Source of the DNA: Bdellovibrionales bacterium
Lineage (GTDB): Bacteria; Bdellovibrionota; Bdellovibrionia; Bdellovibrionales; JAMPXM01
DNA: 64,000 bases
Direction: 5' to 3'
Assembly (NCBI GenBank): GCA_043739185.1
Contig: JAYUEN010000386.1
Span: 1-64,000 of the forward strand
A model generated the notes under the pieces. The model did not search any database, was not told the origin of the DNA, and saw nothing but the letters and a program-made list of their open reading frames with translations. Position 1 is the stretch's first letter, and each line of letters begins with the position of its first letter. Below, piece after piece: positions 39,528-50,065 of the stretch. Both the position numbers and the translations under genes were made by a program.

Positions 39528-40935
39528 GGTATGGGGACCAGACAGGCTTAAAGTAGTCATTTTTATCGAAAGTGATTCTTCTTTCGTTTTCGCCATCGAC
39601 ATCTACAATATAGAGTTGGTGATGCCCATCACGATTGCTTGAAAATAAAATATGGCGACCGTCAGGAGAAAAGCTCGGATCCTCATTGTCCGCCATTTTG
39701 CCGTTTGTGGTCTTTTTTGCTGAAGTGAGGCGAATCATATTTTCCCCATCTGCATCCATTACAAAAAGATCAAAATGTCCCTTGTCGCTACCTGCAAAAA
39801 CAATTTTTTTACCATCTGGAGACCATTTCGGACACGAATTGAATTCACCAGCCACAGTCAGACGTTTGACATTGGCGCCGTCTGCATTCATTACGTAGAC
39901 CATAGGTCGCCCATGTCGATCCGAAGAGAAAGCAATCTTTTTTCCGTCGGGACTTACGCTCGGCTCAACATTCAATACTTCCTTTGCACTGGCAGTCAAG
40001 GCGTCAAACGAACGCCCGTCCATGGTCATGCGATAAATATTCGGACTCTCTCCGCGAGTCATAGTCAAAACTATATGTTTTCCATCCGGGAAAAAACTCA
40101 CTCCAGAATTGATGCCGGGCCGAGCTGAAATAAGCTTTCTCTCTTGAGTTTCGGTATTGTAAAAAAATAAATCCGCATTTCTGGTGCGCTCACTTGTATG
40201 ATAGGTGAAGTTTCGATAACCAATACTTTTGCCGTCTGCCGACCAGGCCGGTGAATTGGCAATGGAATGGTGATGCGTGATGGCTTTTGTGTTGACGCCA
40301 TCCCAATCCATTACAAAGATTTCACGCTGCTGCGGCTCTGTGCTTCGCGCGGTCACTATTTTAGAGAGAAAAAACCCCTTAATTCCGGTCAACTCTTTGA
40401 CAATGTCATTCGAAAAAGTATGAGCGATGATGCGGGCATCTTTGCTGCGGCCTTGATAGGTTTTAGCAAGAACCTTTTTTTGTTGGGGAACATAATACAA
40501 ATAAGTTTCAAGAGTTACTTCATCGTCGACAATTTTATATCCAGCGCGAATGAGAAAGTCGGCTCCGATTTGCTTCCAACTAGAAAAATTGAATCCTGAC
40601 GACTCTTCGGAGACTGGGCGCAAACTAACTTTTGAAACATCTTCAACAAAAGCTTCGCGCTTCAGAAAGTCGAAATAGGAACTAACACTCAAATCAAATT
40701 GAATTGTATCAAAAATTTCTTTTCCGACCGCCACATAGTTTTTGCTGATACCCGGAGTACCCAGATATTGAAAAGCTGGCAAAGCCATGATGCTTTTTTT
40801 GAATTTCGCATCACCCACATTCAAATGAATGGGGCTTTCAGCCCAGGCACTCGAAAAAATGAAAGCGACGGTCGCAAAGCTAAGAAGTAAGCCTTTGGCG
40901 AAATTTTGCAATAACCTAGGGATCAAACTGTTCAT
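39520..40935 (-). CDS. tolB: Tol-Pal beta-propeller protein TolB
   Basis: Signal peptide, TolB_N domain, PD40 repeats (WSPDG). Confidence 0.92.
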   Translation of the reverse strand: MNSLIPRLLQNFAKGLLLSFATVAFIFSSAWAESPIHLNVGDAKFKKSIMALPAFQYLGTPGISKNYVAVGKEIFDTIQFDLSVSSYFDFLKREAFVEDVSKVSLRPVSEESSGFNFSSWKQIGADFLIRAGYKIVDDEVTLETYLYYVPQQKKVLAKTYQGRSKDARIIAHTFSNDIVKELTGIKGFFLSKIVTARSTEPQQREIFVMDWDGVNTKAITHHHSIANSPAWSADGKSIGYRNFTYHTSERTRNADLFFYNTETQERKLISARPGINSGVSFFPDGKHIVLTMTRGESPNIYRMTMDGRSFDALTASAKEVLNVEPSVSPDGKKIAFSSDRHGRPMVYVMNADGANVKRLTVAGEFNSCPKWSPDGKKIVFAGSDKGHFDLFVMDADGENMIRLTSAKKTTNGKMADNEDPSFSPDGRHILFSSNRDGHHQLYIVDVDGENERRITFDKNDYFKPVWSPYLE

Positions 40936-40964
40936 CTTAAGTTCTCCTTAAATATCACGCTCAG

Positions 40965-41723
40965 TTATTCGGGAAACCCAAACTCAATTCCGTCAACAGC
41001 TAAAATATTTGTTAGTTTAGACGGCGGACTTTCAAAGGGTCCCGAGCGCTCAATCGACTCCAAACACTTTTCATCAAAAACTGAATTTCCTGAGGACTTT
41101 TTGATCTGCTTTTTAACAATATTACCAGACGAATCTATATAGACCATTACGCTAGCAGTTAGATTTTGATTTTTAAGCAGGCTGGGAAGATTCCAATTGG
41201 ACTTTACTTTTTCATCGAGCCGATCAAGGTATGAGTCATAATCTATTTTATTGAGTCCGGTGATTGAGGAGCCCGCGGCCAGAACCGCGCCTCGAATGGG
41301 AGCGGCTGGAGTTGCATGAGCTTGCGCTCTTGCTTTCGACATTTCTGCAAGTTTCTTAAAGGCCTCGAGACGCTTGATGGCATCTTCTTCTGCGCTTTTT
41401 GCCTTACGAAGATCAATTTTTTTCGGGTCCATTTTGCTCACATCAGGTAACTTCTTTGGCATGGCGATTGGGATGGGAGCGGGTGGGGGCAATTTCAAAT
41501 CTGCTGGGGTCGCGACGGGTTTCGGAACATTTGGCAGCGTCTGAGACTTGGCCGGTAAGCCCACCATATCGACGCGAATGGCATGTTGAACATGAATCAC
41601 CTCAGAGGGAAAAAAGACGGCGCGAAATACCAACAAGGCGCCAACGATGATATGTCCGAGGAGGGACCATCGAATGGATTTAGAAAAATCGTCTTGAGGT
41701 TGAATCAGAACAGAAAAACTCAT
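40965..41723 (-). CDS. tolA: TolA/TonB-like energy transducer
   Basis: SLLGH TM motif, Pro-rich linker, C-terminal KSSGNSVFD. Confidence 0.8.
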   Translation of the reverse strand: MSFSVLIQPQDDFSKSIRWSLLGHIIVGALLVFRAVFFPSEVIHVQHAIRVDMVGLPAKSQTLPNVPKPVATPADLKLPPPAPIPIAMPKKLPDVSKMDPKKIDLRKAKSAEEDAIKRLEAFKKLAEMSKARAQAHATPAAPIRGAVLAAGSSITGLNKIDYDSYLDRLDEKVKSNWNLPSLLKNQNLTASVMVYIDSSGNIVKKQIKKSSGNSVFDEKCLESIERSGPFESPPSKLTNILAVDGIEFGFPE

Positions 41724-41752
41724 TAAAAAATCATCTCATTGGTAATGGCGGT

Positions 41753-42169
41753 CTAGTTTATTTTTGGCAAAGTTACTAAGCTAATTTCTGAAATCCCCGC
41801 CGCACGGATCTCACCCATTGCTTCGGCGACCAAGCCGTAGTCTACGTTGCGATCGGCCTGTAAATAAATTTGTTTGTTTTTGCGAGTTGAAAAAATTGCG
41901 GTCAGCTTTTCAGAAAGCGCGGGCAAATGAAGTTCTGTATCGCCCACATAAAGTTTTTTATTTTTGCGAATTTCAAGGACAAAAGGTTCATCGGTGGTGG
42001 GCGTTCCCGAGCTTGAGACTTCAGGTAAATCGATGTCGATTCCTTGTTGCATCATCGGCGTGGTGACCATAAAAATGATCAATAGGACCAGCATCACATC
42101 GACCATAGGAGTAATATTAATTTCACTCATGGCCATTCGACTTTTAGTTGAAGAGCCGGACATTCCCAC
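41753..42169 (-). CDS. tolR: TolR
   Basis: EINITPMVDVMLVLLIIFMVT motif. Confidence 0.92.
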   Translation of the reverse strand: MGMSGSSTKSRMAMSEINITPMVDVMLVLLIIFMVTTPMMQQGIDIDLPEVSSSGTPTTDEPFVLEIRKNKKLYVGDTELHLPALSEKLTAIFSTRKNKQIYLQADRNVDYGLVAEAMGEIRAAGISEISLVTLPKIN

Positions 42170-42933
42170 TATTTGTCTCCGAAAAAATTGCGTTTGGTGA
42201 CATTTAGAAAATCAGAGCCAAAATTATTGAGGTCAATTTCAATTTTGCGAATACGACCTATAAAATAATTATAAGCCACCACGGCAGGAATCGCTGCAAA
42301 GAGTCCGACAGCTGTTGAGAACAGGGCTTCTGCAATTCCGGGCGCGACTACGGCGAGGCTTGCCGAGCCACTGCTCGCGATATTTGAAAAGGAGGACATA
42401 ATTCCGATAACGGTTCCGAGGAGGCCCACAAAAGGTGCCGTGCTTCCTGTGGTTGCCAAGAAGTTAAGTTTGGATTCAGCATGAGAAACTTCAGTGCCTA
42501 TAGATTTTTGAATGGCACGCTCTAAATTATCGAGTCCAGATAACTTCAGATTTTCAGAGTCGGATTGTTTTGCCAAATTTGAATCGGCGATCCTTTGTAG
42601 CTCGTTATATCCCGCTACAAAAACTTTGCTTAAATTTCCCGAAGCATATTCGTCAATTTTATTGTGAACATTTTCTAAAGCTTTCGCCTTCCAAAAAAAA
42701 TCACTAAAGTTTTGATTTGCAATCTGCATACTTTGAAACTGTCTGAGCTTTGCATAAATAATTGCCCAAGACATGACCGAAGCAGCCAATAATAGAAGTA
42801 GCAAAAACTGCACGGGAAGGCTTGCCGCTAAAACGGCATCTAGCACTCCGGCTTTTACGCCAATGTGAGCGCTACTCGCTGCGAGTGCTTGCGGACTACA
42901 AAGAAACAGAAAATGAAACAATTGATTTATCAT
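42169..42933 (-). CDS. tolQ: TolQ
   Basis: APFVGLLGTVIGIM and VAPGIAEAL motifs. Confidence 0.92.
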   Translation of the reverse strand: MINQLFHFLFLCSPQALAASSAHIGVKAGVLDAVLAASLPVQFLLLLLLAASVMSWAIIYAKLRQFQSMQIANQNFSDFFWKAKALENVHNKIDEYASGNLSKVFVAGYNELQRIADSNLAKQSDSENLKLSGLDNLERAIQKSIGTEVSHAESKLNFLATTGSTAPFVGLLGTVIGIMSSFSNIASSGSASLAVVAPGIAEALFSTAVGLFAAIPAVVAYNYFIGRIRKIEIDLNNFGSDFLNVTKRNFFGDK

Positions 42934-43039
42934 AGTCCAAACAGATTAAAGCCTTCGTCAGGCTCTGTAAAAGAATAAATTTTCTTTCTATCGCAGCTCG
43001 CAATTGAGCATTGAAAAAACTCGATGACTTTTTATGGAT

Positions 43040-43975
43040 TTACCGACCGAAGTCGTGCTTTTCAAAAAAATCTTTAAGGGCCGTGGGGTGATTCGTGATA
43101 ATGCCATCCGCTCCGAGTTTAATCAGATCTGCGGCATCAGATGCGTTTTGTGCGTTGCCAGCAAAAACTTTGAGCGAACGCCGATGTGCCTCTTGAATCA
43201 TCTGTTCATTTATATGTATGCGCAGTGAGTTTCGCACTCGTTCAGAAGTATTTTCGACGATGAGAAGATCCGAATCAAGAGGGGCAATACTTGCTAAAAA
43301 AACATTTGCCAAGATCATCAGTTGTGTAAGTTGGGGAGTGCTGGCGCCATAAAGGAGCATTGGGGCCAGCTTTCGAGTTTCTTTTAAAACCTTGTCGCGT
43401 TCGCTTGTGATGATAAAGCGTTTTGTTTGATCATTGTATTCGAGAGCCTTAACCAATTGCTGTTCCATCCCGGTTGAGTCATCGGCCAAATTAATTATGA
43501 ATCGATGCTTTGGGAACTTCTTAAGCAATTGACTGAGCTCAAGAATATGAAGAGCTTTTCCTCTAAAGGGGTGCTCTTGCTTTTGATTTTGATAACTATA
43601 GCCAGAGTCGACTTTTTGAATCTGTTCGAAATTGAGAAGAGGTACAAATGAATTTTCGACTCCGTAAATTGCTAAATCTTGATGTCGAGTGACGACGGGA
43701 ACTCCGTCCTTTGAAAGCATGACATCGGCCCACAAAATAACTTGAGGGTCTAAGGCTGCGGCAGCTTCAAATGCGGGAAGGGAGTCTTCAGGAAACTCAA
43801 AGCTTTCCCCGCGAAGGGCAATCAGTAGTTGGGATTCCTTTGCTCCAAAAAATCCATCTTGAAAGGCAATATGGGGCCGACTGAGGCCCTTATTACTCAA
43901 ATAAAACCAAGCTACAAAAACACTGATTATAACCAAAAGCATAACCAGCGAGAAACTCTTAAGCGTTGCGGCCAC
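43040..43975 (-). CDS. glycerophosphodiester phosphodiesterase-like protein (degenerate motifs)
   Basis: IALRG..PEDSL.AF, DV.LSKDG.PVV and GADGIITN motifs. Confidence 0.8.
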   Translation of the reverse strand: MAATLKSFSLVMLLVIISVFVAWFYLSNKGLSRPHIAFQDGFFGAKESQLLIALRGESFEFPEDSLPAFEAAAALDPQVILWADVMLSKDGVPVVTRHQDLAIYGVENSFVPLLNFEQIQKVDSGYSYQNQKQEHPFRGKALHILELSQLLKKFPKHRFIINLADDSTGMEQQLVKALEYNDQTKRFIITSERDKVLKETRKLAPMLLYGASTPQLTQLMILANVFLASIAPLDSDLLIVENTSERVRNSLRIHINEQMIQEAHRRSLKVFAGNAQNASDAADLIKLGADGIITNHPTALKDFFEKHDFGR

Positions 43976-44062
43976 TATTTAACCATCCGATTGTATTCAC
44001 TAAAGTTAGGACTCATTCACGGACAAAAACAACAATATACGCCAAAAAAAGACCTATTTCTG

Positions 44063-44091
44063 TTGACCATATCAAGCTTTTCAATTAACTT
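44063..44091 (+). promoter_or_regulatory. sigma70 promoter of the rrf2-suf operon, TTGACC-N17-TAACTT
   Basis: Canonical spacing, about 150 nt upstream of rrf2. Confidence 0.55.
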
Positions 44092-44240
44092 TCATTGGCG
44101 CTGGCAAAGCCTTTAAGCCCGTGAAAATACTTAAAGGCCGCCAGCAAGATAGCGAACAAAACTTGAAAACCCAACTAAAAAATCCCATTCGATAGCGAAT
44201 CGAAGCGAATTTGAATAAGAGGGAAGAAAAGTAAAAAATT

Positions 44241-44705
44241 ATGAATAAGATCAACCGAAAATTAGAATATGCCTTGATCGCGCTCAAGCATATGAAGACA
44301 CGGGCTCCAGGCGAATTGTCTACAGCAAAAGAGATTAGCCAACATTTTAATATGCCCTTCGATGCCACCGCAAGAGTGATGCAAATACTCGCACAAAAAG
44401 GAATCTTAAAATCAGAGCAAGGAGTAAATGGTGGTTATCAAATCGTAAAAGATTTAAGTAAATTATCGCTCGGCGATTTGATGAGTTTTATTTTGGGGCC
44501 ACTTCACTTGGCCAAATGCTTACATAAAGGAAATAATGTTCATGATGCCTGTGAGATTTTAGAGCAATGTTCAATCATGTCCCCAATGGCCAATCTCAAC
44601 CGAAAGCTTAATGATTTTTATGCCTCGATTAATCTCGCGGAATTACTCGATCCGAAGGCGATCAAAAGCGAAAGCTTTGCAGAGGTGAGACCTTATGGAC
44701 ACTAA
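44241..44705 (+). CDS. Rrf2 family transcriptional regulator
   Basis: [20 protein letters not shown]; three C-terminal Cys. Confidence 0.9.
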   Translation: MNKINRKLEYALIALKHMKTRAPGELSTAKEISQHFNMPFDATARVMQILAQKGILKSEQGVNGGYQIVKDLSKLSLGDLMSFILGPLHLAKCLHKGNNVHDACEILEQCSIMSPMANLNRKLNDFYASINLAELLDPKAIKSESFAEVRPYGH

Positions 44706-46143
44706 ATCTTCAAAAGCGGTCGATCTTGCTCCAGAATATAAATACGGTTTTGTAACCGATATTGAAGCGGACGAAGTGCCACGCGGATTAAATGAAGATA
44801 TAGTGCGTACAATTTCTGCCAAAAAAAATGAACCAGTTTGGATGCTTGAGTATCGCCTCAAGGCCTACAAGCATTGGCAAAGCATGCAAGAACCTACTTG
44901 GGCGAATGTGCACTATCCAAAAATTGATTTCAATGATATCATTTATTTTTCAGCGCCAAAAAAGAAAACCGGAGAAGGCCCAAAGTCACTTGATGAGCTT
45001 GATCCTGAGTTGGTCAAAACTTTTGAGCGTCTTGGTATTCCGCTTTCAGAGCAAAAAAGAATTAGTGGCGTTGCCGTAGATGCGGTTTTTGACTCAGTTT
45101 CAGTGGGGACAACCCATCAAGAAGATCTCAAAAAAGTGGGCGTCATATTTTGCTCAATTTCAGAGGCAATGCATACTCATCCCGAAATCATTAAAAAATA
45201 TTTAGGTAGTGTCGTTCCGTTTGCAGATAATTTTTATGCTGCTTTGAATGCTGCCGTTTTTACAGACGGATCTTTTGTCTATATACCAAAAGGTGTTCGT
45301 TGTCCGATTGATTTATCAACTTATTTTCGAATCAATGCTCAAGATACCGGACAGTTTGAAAGAACTCTCATTATTGCGGAGAGTGGCAGCTTCGTTAATT
45401 ATCTCGAGGGTTGCACGGCTCCGCAAAGAGATGAAAATCAATTGCATGCTGCAGTTGTCGAACTCATTGCCCATGATGATGCTGAAATCAAATATTCAAC
45501 CGTGCAAAATTGGTATACTGGCGATCAAAACGGTCGTGGTGGCATTTATAATTTTGTCACCAAGCGCGGAAAGTGCCAGGGCAAGAATTCAAAAATAAGT
45601 TGGACTCAAATTGAAACCGGATCCGCCATTACCTGGAAGTATCCAAGCTGTATCTTGCTAGGAGATCACTCTCAAGGAGCGTTTTACTCGGTCGCATTGA
45701 CTCACGACCATATGCAAGCCGATACCGGAACGAAAATGATTCACATTGGGAAGAACACCAAGAGTACCATTATTTCAAAGGGCATTTCGACCGGGCATTC
45801 CAGTAATTCTTATCGTGGTCAGGTTAAGATCATGGCCAGTGCAGAGGGTGCCAGAAATTACTCTCAATGTGACTCGATGTTGGTGGGAGCCAATTGCTCT
45901 GCCAACACCTATCCCTATATTGAAGTTAAAAATAAATCTGCGATTTTAGAGCACGAAGCCAGCACCTCACGTATCAGCGAAGATCAAATTTTTTATTTAA
46001 AATCCCGCGGAATCGATAGTGAAGCATCGATTTCACTCTTAGTTAATGGGTTTTGTCAGGATGTCTTTAAGCAGCTCCCTCTCGAATTTTCAGTCGAAGC
46101 GGTAAAGCTGATCGAAATGAAACTAGAAAATAGCGTAGGTTAA
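44695..46143 (+). CDS. sufB: Fe-S cluster assembly protein SufB
   Basis: [16 protein letters not shown] and GIYNFVTKR motifs. Confidence 0.97.
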   Translation: MDTKSSKAVDLAPEYKYGFVTDIEADEVPRGLNEDIVRTISAKKNEPVWMLEYRLKAYKHWQSMQEPTWANVHYPKIDFNDIIYFSAPKKKTGEGPKSLDELDPELVKTFERLGIPLSEQKRISGVAVDAVFDSVSVGTTHQEDLKKVGVIFCSISEAMHTHPEIIKKYLGSVVPFADNFYAALNAAVFTDGSFVYIPKGVRCPIDLSTYFRINAQDTGQFERTLIIAESGSFVNYLEGCTAPQRDENQLHAAVVELIAHDDAEIKYSTVQNWYTGDQNGRGGIYNFVTKRGKCQGKNSKISWTQIETGSAITWKYPSCILLGDHSQGAFYSVALTHDHMQADTGTKMIHIGKNTKSTIISKGISTGHSSNSYRGQVKIMASAEGARNYSQCDSMLVGANCSANTYPYIEVKNKSAILEHEASTSRISEDQIFYLKSRGIDSEASISLLVNGFCQDVFKQLPLEFSVEAVKLIEMKLENSVG

Positions 46144-46180
46144 ATGTGGCGCTTCAGTGCACAAAGGTGAAGGATAAAAA

Positions 46181-46933
46181 ATGTTAGAGATTCAAGATTT
46201 GCACGCTCAAATTAACGACAAGCCAGTTCTCAAGGGTCTGAACCTTAAAATAAATGCTGGCGAAGTTCATGCCATCATGGGACCCAATGGTTCAGGCAAG
46301 AGTACATTTTCGAAAGTTCTTTCGGGGCATCCTGATTATGAAGTAACCGGAGGCAAGGTATTGTACGAAATCAATTTCAAGTTAAAGGATCTGCTTGAGC
46401 TTGCGCCAGAGATGCGTGCGCGAGAAGGGGTCTATATGGCCTTTCAATATCCGATTGAAGTACCAGGTGTTAGTAATTTTAAATTTTTGCAAATGGCTTT
46501 TAATTCAATTTGCAAACACCACGGCGCTCCTGAAATGAATAATGAGAAGTTTTTAGAATTCGTAAAATCAAAAATGAAAACGATAGGTATGGACGAAAAA
46601 TTTTTGGACCGCGCCGTCAATGTTGGCTTTTCTGGTGGAGAAAAGAAGCGCAATGAAATTCTACAGATGGCCGTACTTTCACCTCGGCTTGCGATTTTAG
46701 ATGAAACCGATTCAGGACTCGATATTGATGCGCTAAAGGTTGTCGCCGAAGGCGTCAACAAGCTCAAAAGTAAAAGCAATGCAATTATTTTAATTACACA
46801 CTATCAGCGCCTCTTAAACTATATTGTTCCCGATTTTGTACATGTGCTTTCAGAGGGAAAAATCATTGAAAGTGGAGACAAGAATCTAGCGCATAAGCTT
46901 GAAGAAAAGGGTTACGATTGGCTGATTCAGTAA
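46181..46933 (+). CDS. sufC: Fe-S cluster assembly ATPase SufC
   Basis: GPNGSGKST, FSGGEKKRNE and LDETDSGLDID motifs. Confidence 0.97.
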   Translation: MLEIQDLHAQINDKPVLKGLNLKINAGEVHAIMGPNGSGKSTFSKVLSGHPDYEVTGGKVLYEINFKLKDLLELAPEMRAREGVYMAFQYPIEVPGVSNFKFLQMAFNSICKHHGAPEMNNEKFLEFVKSKMKTIGMDEKFLDRAVNVGFSGGEKKRNEILQMAVLSPRLAILDETDSGLDIDALKVVAEGVNKLKSKSNAIILITHYQRLLNYIVPDFVHVLSEGKIIESGDKNLAHKLEEKGYDWLIQ

Positions 46934-48249
46934 GTTTTTCAAATTTAGATAAAGCACTCTCGGCTGCAAAAATCCTTTCACAGCCTTGGTATTCGCATTT
47001 CTCAGGGGTATCTTTTGATTCTGAAGCGGCAGAGCTCATGCAAAATTGCACTTGGCCAAGTACCAAAAAAGAAGCTTGGAAGTATACAAATATTTTAAGC
47101 CTTGCCCAACTCGATTTTTGGCTGCCAGAACAAAATCTTCCCCCGGTTTTGCCAAGTGAATGGCAGACATTATTGAATGATGACTTCGATTCGAGTTATG
47201 TTTTTTGGAATGGCGTTTTTTGTCCAGCACTATCCAAAATAAAAAAGACGCAAGAATATAGTTTTTCACGCCTATCAGGCTTGTCATCAAATGCGGGTGC
47301 AGAAAATCAAAAGTCTTTAAAATGTGAAGTTGAGTCTTCAAGCGAATTGGAGCGAATCAATAGGCTATTGTTAAGTGACCTATTTACTTTTGAGGTTCAA
47401 AAAAACACCAAACTTAAAAAGCCCGTCGCATTCCTTTTCATGAATTCCTCAGAATTGAATCGACCGCAAATTCACAGTTCACGCCTCAGATTCACAATGA
47501 ACGAATTTTCAGAAGCAAGTGTTCTAGAAATTCATGCCGGATTGAAATCTAACCCGAATCAAGTAGAGAGTCATTTTACAGAAGCGAAACTGCAAGTATC
47601 ATCTCAGTTTGAACATATCTTTATGAACGCAACAGCAGCGGGCTACTCAAACTTTTTTACCAAAAAATTTGAGCTATCACGCTCCAGCCAGTTGAAGTCG
47701 CTTCACCTCGATCTTGGCGGCGACCTCAGCCGTACCGAGACTTTTGTAAATTTAAATGAACCTCTCGCCGAAGCTTTTGTTAATGGAGTATATCTGGCCC
47801 AGGATAAGCAGCATATAGATCATGAGGGGATTATTAGTCACAAATCACCAGAAACCATTAGCCATCAATGCTTCAAGGGAATATTAAGCGATTTTTCTAA
47901 AGGGGTATTTAATGCGAAAGTTCGAATCGAGCCGGGGGCTTCAAAATCGAGCGCCGCGCAATTAAATAAGAATTTATTGCTTAGCAGGAAGGCTGAAATC
48001 AATTCTCTTCCGCGCCTCGAAATATTCAATGATGATGTCAAGGCCACTCACGGATCAGCATCGGGCCAATTGGATCCAGAGCAAATTTTTTACTTATGTT
48101 CTAGAGCGCTTTCAAAGGATCAGGCCATTCAATTCTTGGTTGAAAGCTATGCATTCGAAATGCTTGAAAATATGAATCCGGTTTTGGCGAATAAAGTTGG
48201 CCCGTTTGTTTCCTCGAAATTGGCCCGATTTCAAGTGGGCGATTTATGA
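46918..48249 (+). CDS. sufD: Fe-S cluster assembly protein SufD
   Basis: EAWKYT and PRLEIFNDDVKATHG motifs. Confidence 0.92.
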   Translation: MADSVSFSNLDKALSAAKILSQPWYSHFSGVSFDSEAAELMQNCTWPSTKKEAWKYTNILSLAQLDFWLPEQNLPPVLPSEWQTLLNDDFDSSYVFWNGVFCPALSKIKKTQEYSFSRLSGLSSNAGAENQKSLKCEVESSSELERINRLLLSDLFTFEVQKNTKLKKPVAFLFMNSSELNRPQIHSSRLRFTMNEFSEASVLEIHAGLKSNPNQVESHFTEAKLQVSSQFEHIFMNATAAGYSNFFTKKFELSRSSQLKSLHLDLGGDLSRTETFVNLNEPLAEAFVNGVYLAQDKQHIDHEGIISHKSPETISHQCFKGILSDFSKGVFNAKVRIEPGASKSSAAQLNKNLLLSRKAEINSLPRLEIFNDDVKATHGSASGQLDPEQIFYLCSRALSKDQAIQFLVESYAFEMLENMNPVLANKVGPFVSSKLARFQVGDL

Positions 48250-49481
48250 AAGCACAAGAGAACTTAAATTTTGATTTGGCCAAGATTCGCAAAGATTTTT
48301 CGATATTAAATCAAAAAGTTCACGGAAAAAGCTTAGTCTATTTTGATAATGCGGCGTCAAGTTTGAAGCCGGATTGTGTGATCAATCGAATTCAAAAATA
48401 CTATCTCGAAGAAGTTTCAAATATTCACAGAAGTTCGCACTTTTTAGGTTCACAGGGAACCCTCAACTATGAGGGATCTCGAGAGCTGGCTCAAAAATTG
48501 ATTGCGGCACAAGATGCGTCCGAAATTATTTTCACCCGAGGGACAACTGAGGCCATTAATTTAGTCGCGATGAGTTGGGGTCAAAGTTTGAAGACTGGTG
48601 ATGAAATCATTCTGTCCGAACTTGAGCACCATTCAAATATTGTGCCCTGGCAACTAATTGCTGAACAAAGGGGCGCAGTTATTAAAGTGATTGAAGTCAA
48701 CTCAGAGGGAGAGCTTCAGTTTGAAGGTTTTAAAAAACTTTTAAGTAAAAAGACAAAAGTGCTGGCCCTTACAATGTGTTCAAATACCCTCGGCAGCATC
48801 ATTGATACCAAGAAATATATTGATCTGGCTCATGAAGTTGGTGCTTTGGTTTTACTTGATGCAGCTCAACTTATCAGCCATCACAATATAAATGTTCAAG
48901 TCTTAAACTGTGACTTTCTTGCCTTTTCCGGACACAAAATGTTTGGTCCTTATGGCATCGGAGTACTCTATGGGAAAAAGAAACTTTTAGAGGAAATGCC
49001 GCCTTTTCAAGGTGGCGGCAGTATGATTTCAGAAGTTCGATTTGAAAAGACGACCTACGCAGATTTACCTCAAAAATTTGAAGCCGGAACACCCTCAATA
49101 GCAGATGCCATTGGCTTGGGCGAGGCTATTCAGTATTTAGATCGTAAAGAAATTCAAGCGGCAAGCATTGAAACCAGTCGATTGTTAGATTATGCGACTC
49201 AAGAATTTCAAAAGATACCCGGCCTTCGCATACTTGGGCCCGAAATTGAGAAGACTCCGATAGTTAGTTTTACCATCAAGGGTATTCACCCATCCGATTT
49301 AGGTAGCCTTATTGATCAAGAAGGTATTGCAATACGTACGGGTCATCATTGTACCCAGCCCCTGCTTCGCAAACTGGGTTTGACCTCAACTGCGCGGGCC
49401 TCATTTTCAATTTATAATACTCAAGATGAAGTAGATTTTTTTGTTGAAGCTGTATTGAAAGCGAAAGGTTTATTACAATGA
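48246..49481 (+). CDS. sufS: cysteine desulfurase SufS
   Basis: YFDNAA, EHHSNIVPW, SGHKMFGP and RTGHHC motifs. Confidence 0.95.
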   Translation: MKAQENLNFDLAKIRKDFSILNQKVHGKSLVYFDNAASSLKPDCVINRIQKYYLEEVSNIHRSSHFLGSQGTLNYEGSRELAQKLIAAQDASEIIFTRGTTEAINLVAMSWGQSLKTGDEIILSELEHHSNIVPWQLIAEQRGAVIKVIEVNSEGELQFEGFKKLLSKKTKVLALTMCSNTLGSIIDTKKYIDLAHEVGALVLLDAAQLISHHNINVQVLNCDFLAFSGHKMFGPYGIGVLYGKKKLLEEMPPFQGGGSMISEVRFEKTTYADLPQKFEAGTPSIADAIGLGEAIQYLDRKEIQAASIETSRLLDYATQEFQKIPGLRILGPEIEKTPIVSFTIKGIHPSDLGSLIDQEGIAIRTGHHCTQPLLRKLGLTSTARASFSIYNTQDEVDFFVEAVLKAKGLLQ

Positions 49482-50053
49482 CCGACACCATTGATAAAGA
49501 AGAAGTTTTGGTAAGAGTTTTGCCTACGCCAAATCCCAATGCCATTAAATTTGTGGTGAATAAAACACTCAAGTCAGTAGGCAAAGCAACATTCACCAAA
49601 CCAAGTGAAGCCTTTGGAGTCATGCTCGCAGAAGAAATATTTCATATTGAAGGAGTTCGGCAGCTTCACTTTTTTGAAAATGTATTAACTGTAACCCACG
49701 CCGAAGAGGTAGATATTGAAAAGCTAAAGGACGAAGTCGGCGCCATTATTCAAACGCGTATTGGGGTTCATGATCCAGAATTTTTAACTGAAGAAGAAAA
49801 TAAAAAGGTCGATCGCTCGAAGTTGCCACTCGAAGTTCAGCAAATTGAAGAGATATTAGATCGCACCGTACGCACCTATTTACAGGGTGACGGGGGTGAC
49901 ATTGAAGTAATTGGCTACAAAGATCATCGTGTGGACATTCGCTATCAAGGGGCCTGTGGCACCTGCCCGAGCTCTTCAGCCGGAACACTCGACGCCATTC
50001 ACGGAATTTTACAAGAGCAATTTGATCCGCTCATTGAAATTAACTTAGTCTAA
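49478..50053 (+). CDS. Nfu/NifU-family Fe-S carrier
   Basis: N-terminal TPNPNAIKF domain; DGGDI..YQGACGTCPSS (CxxC). Confidence 0.9.
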   Translation: MTDTIDKEEVLVRVLPTPNPNAIKFVVNKTLKSVGKATFTKPSEAFGVMLAEEIFHIEGVRQLHFFENVLTVTHAEEVDIEKLKDEVGAIIQTRIGVHDPEFLTEEENKKVDRSKLPLEVQQIEEILDRTVRTYLQGDGGDIEVIGYKDHRVDIRYQGACGTCPSSSAGTLDAIHGILQEQFDPLIEINLV

Positions 50054-50065
50054 AAAACAAGAAGT

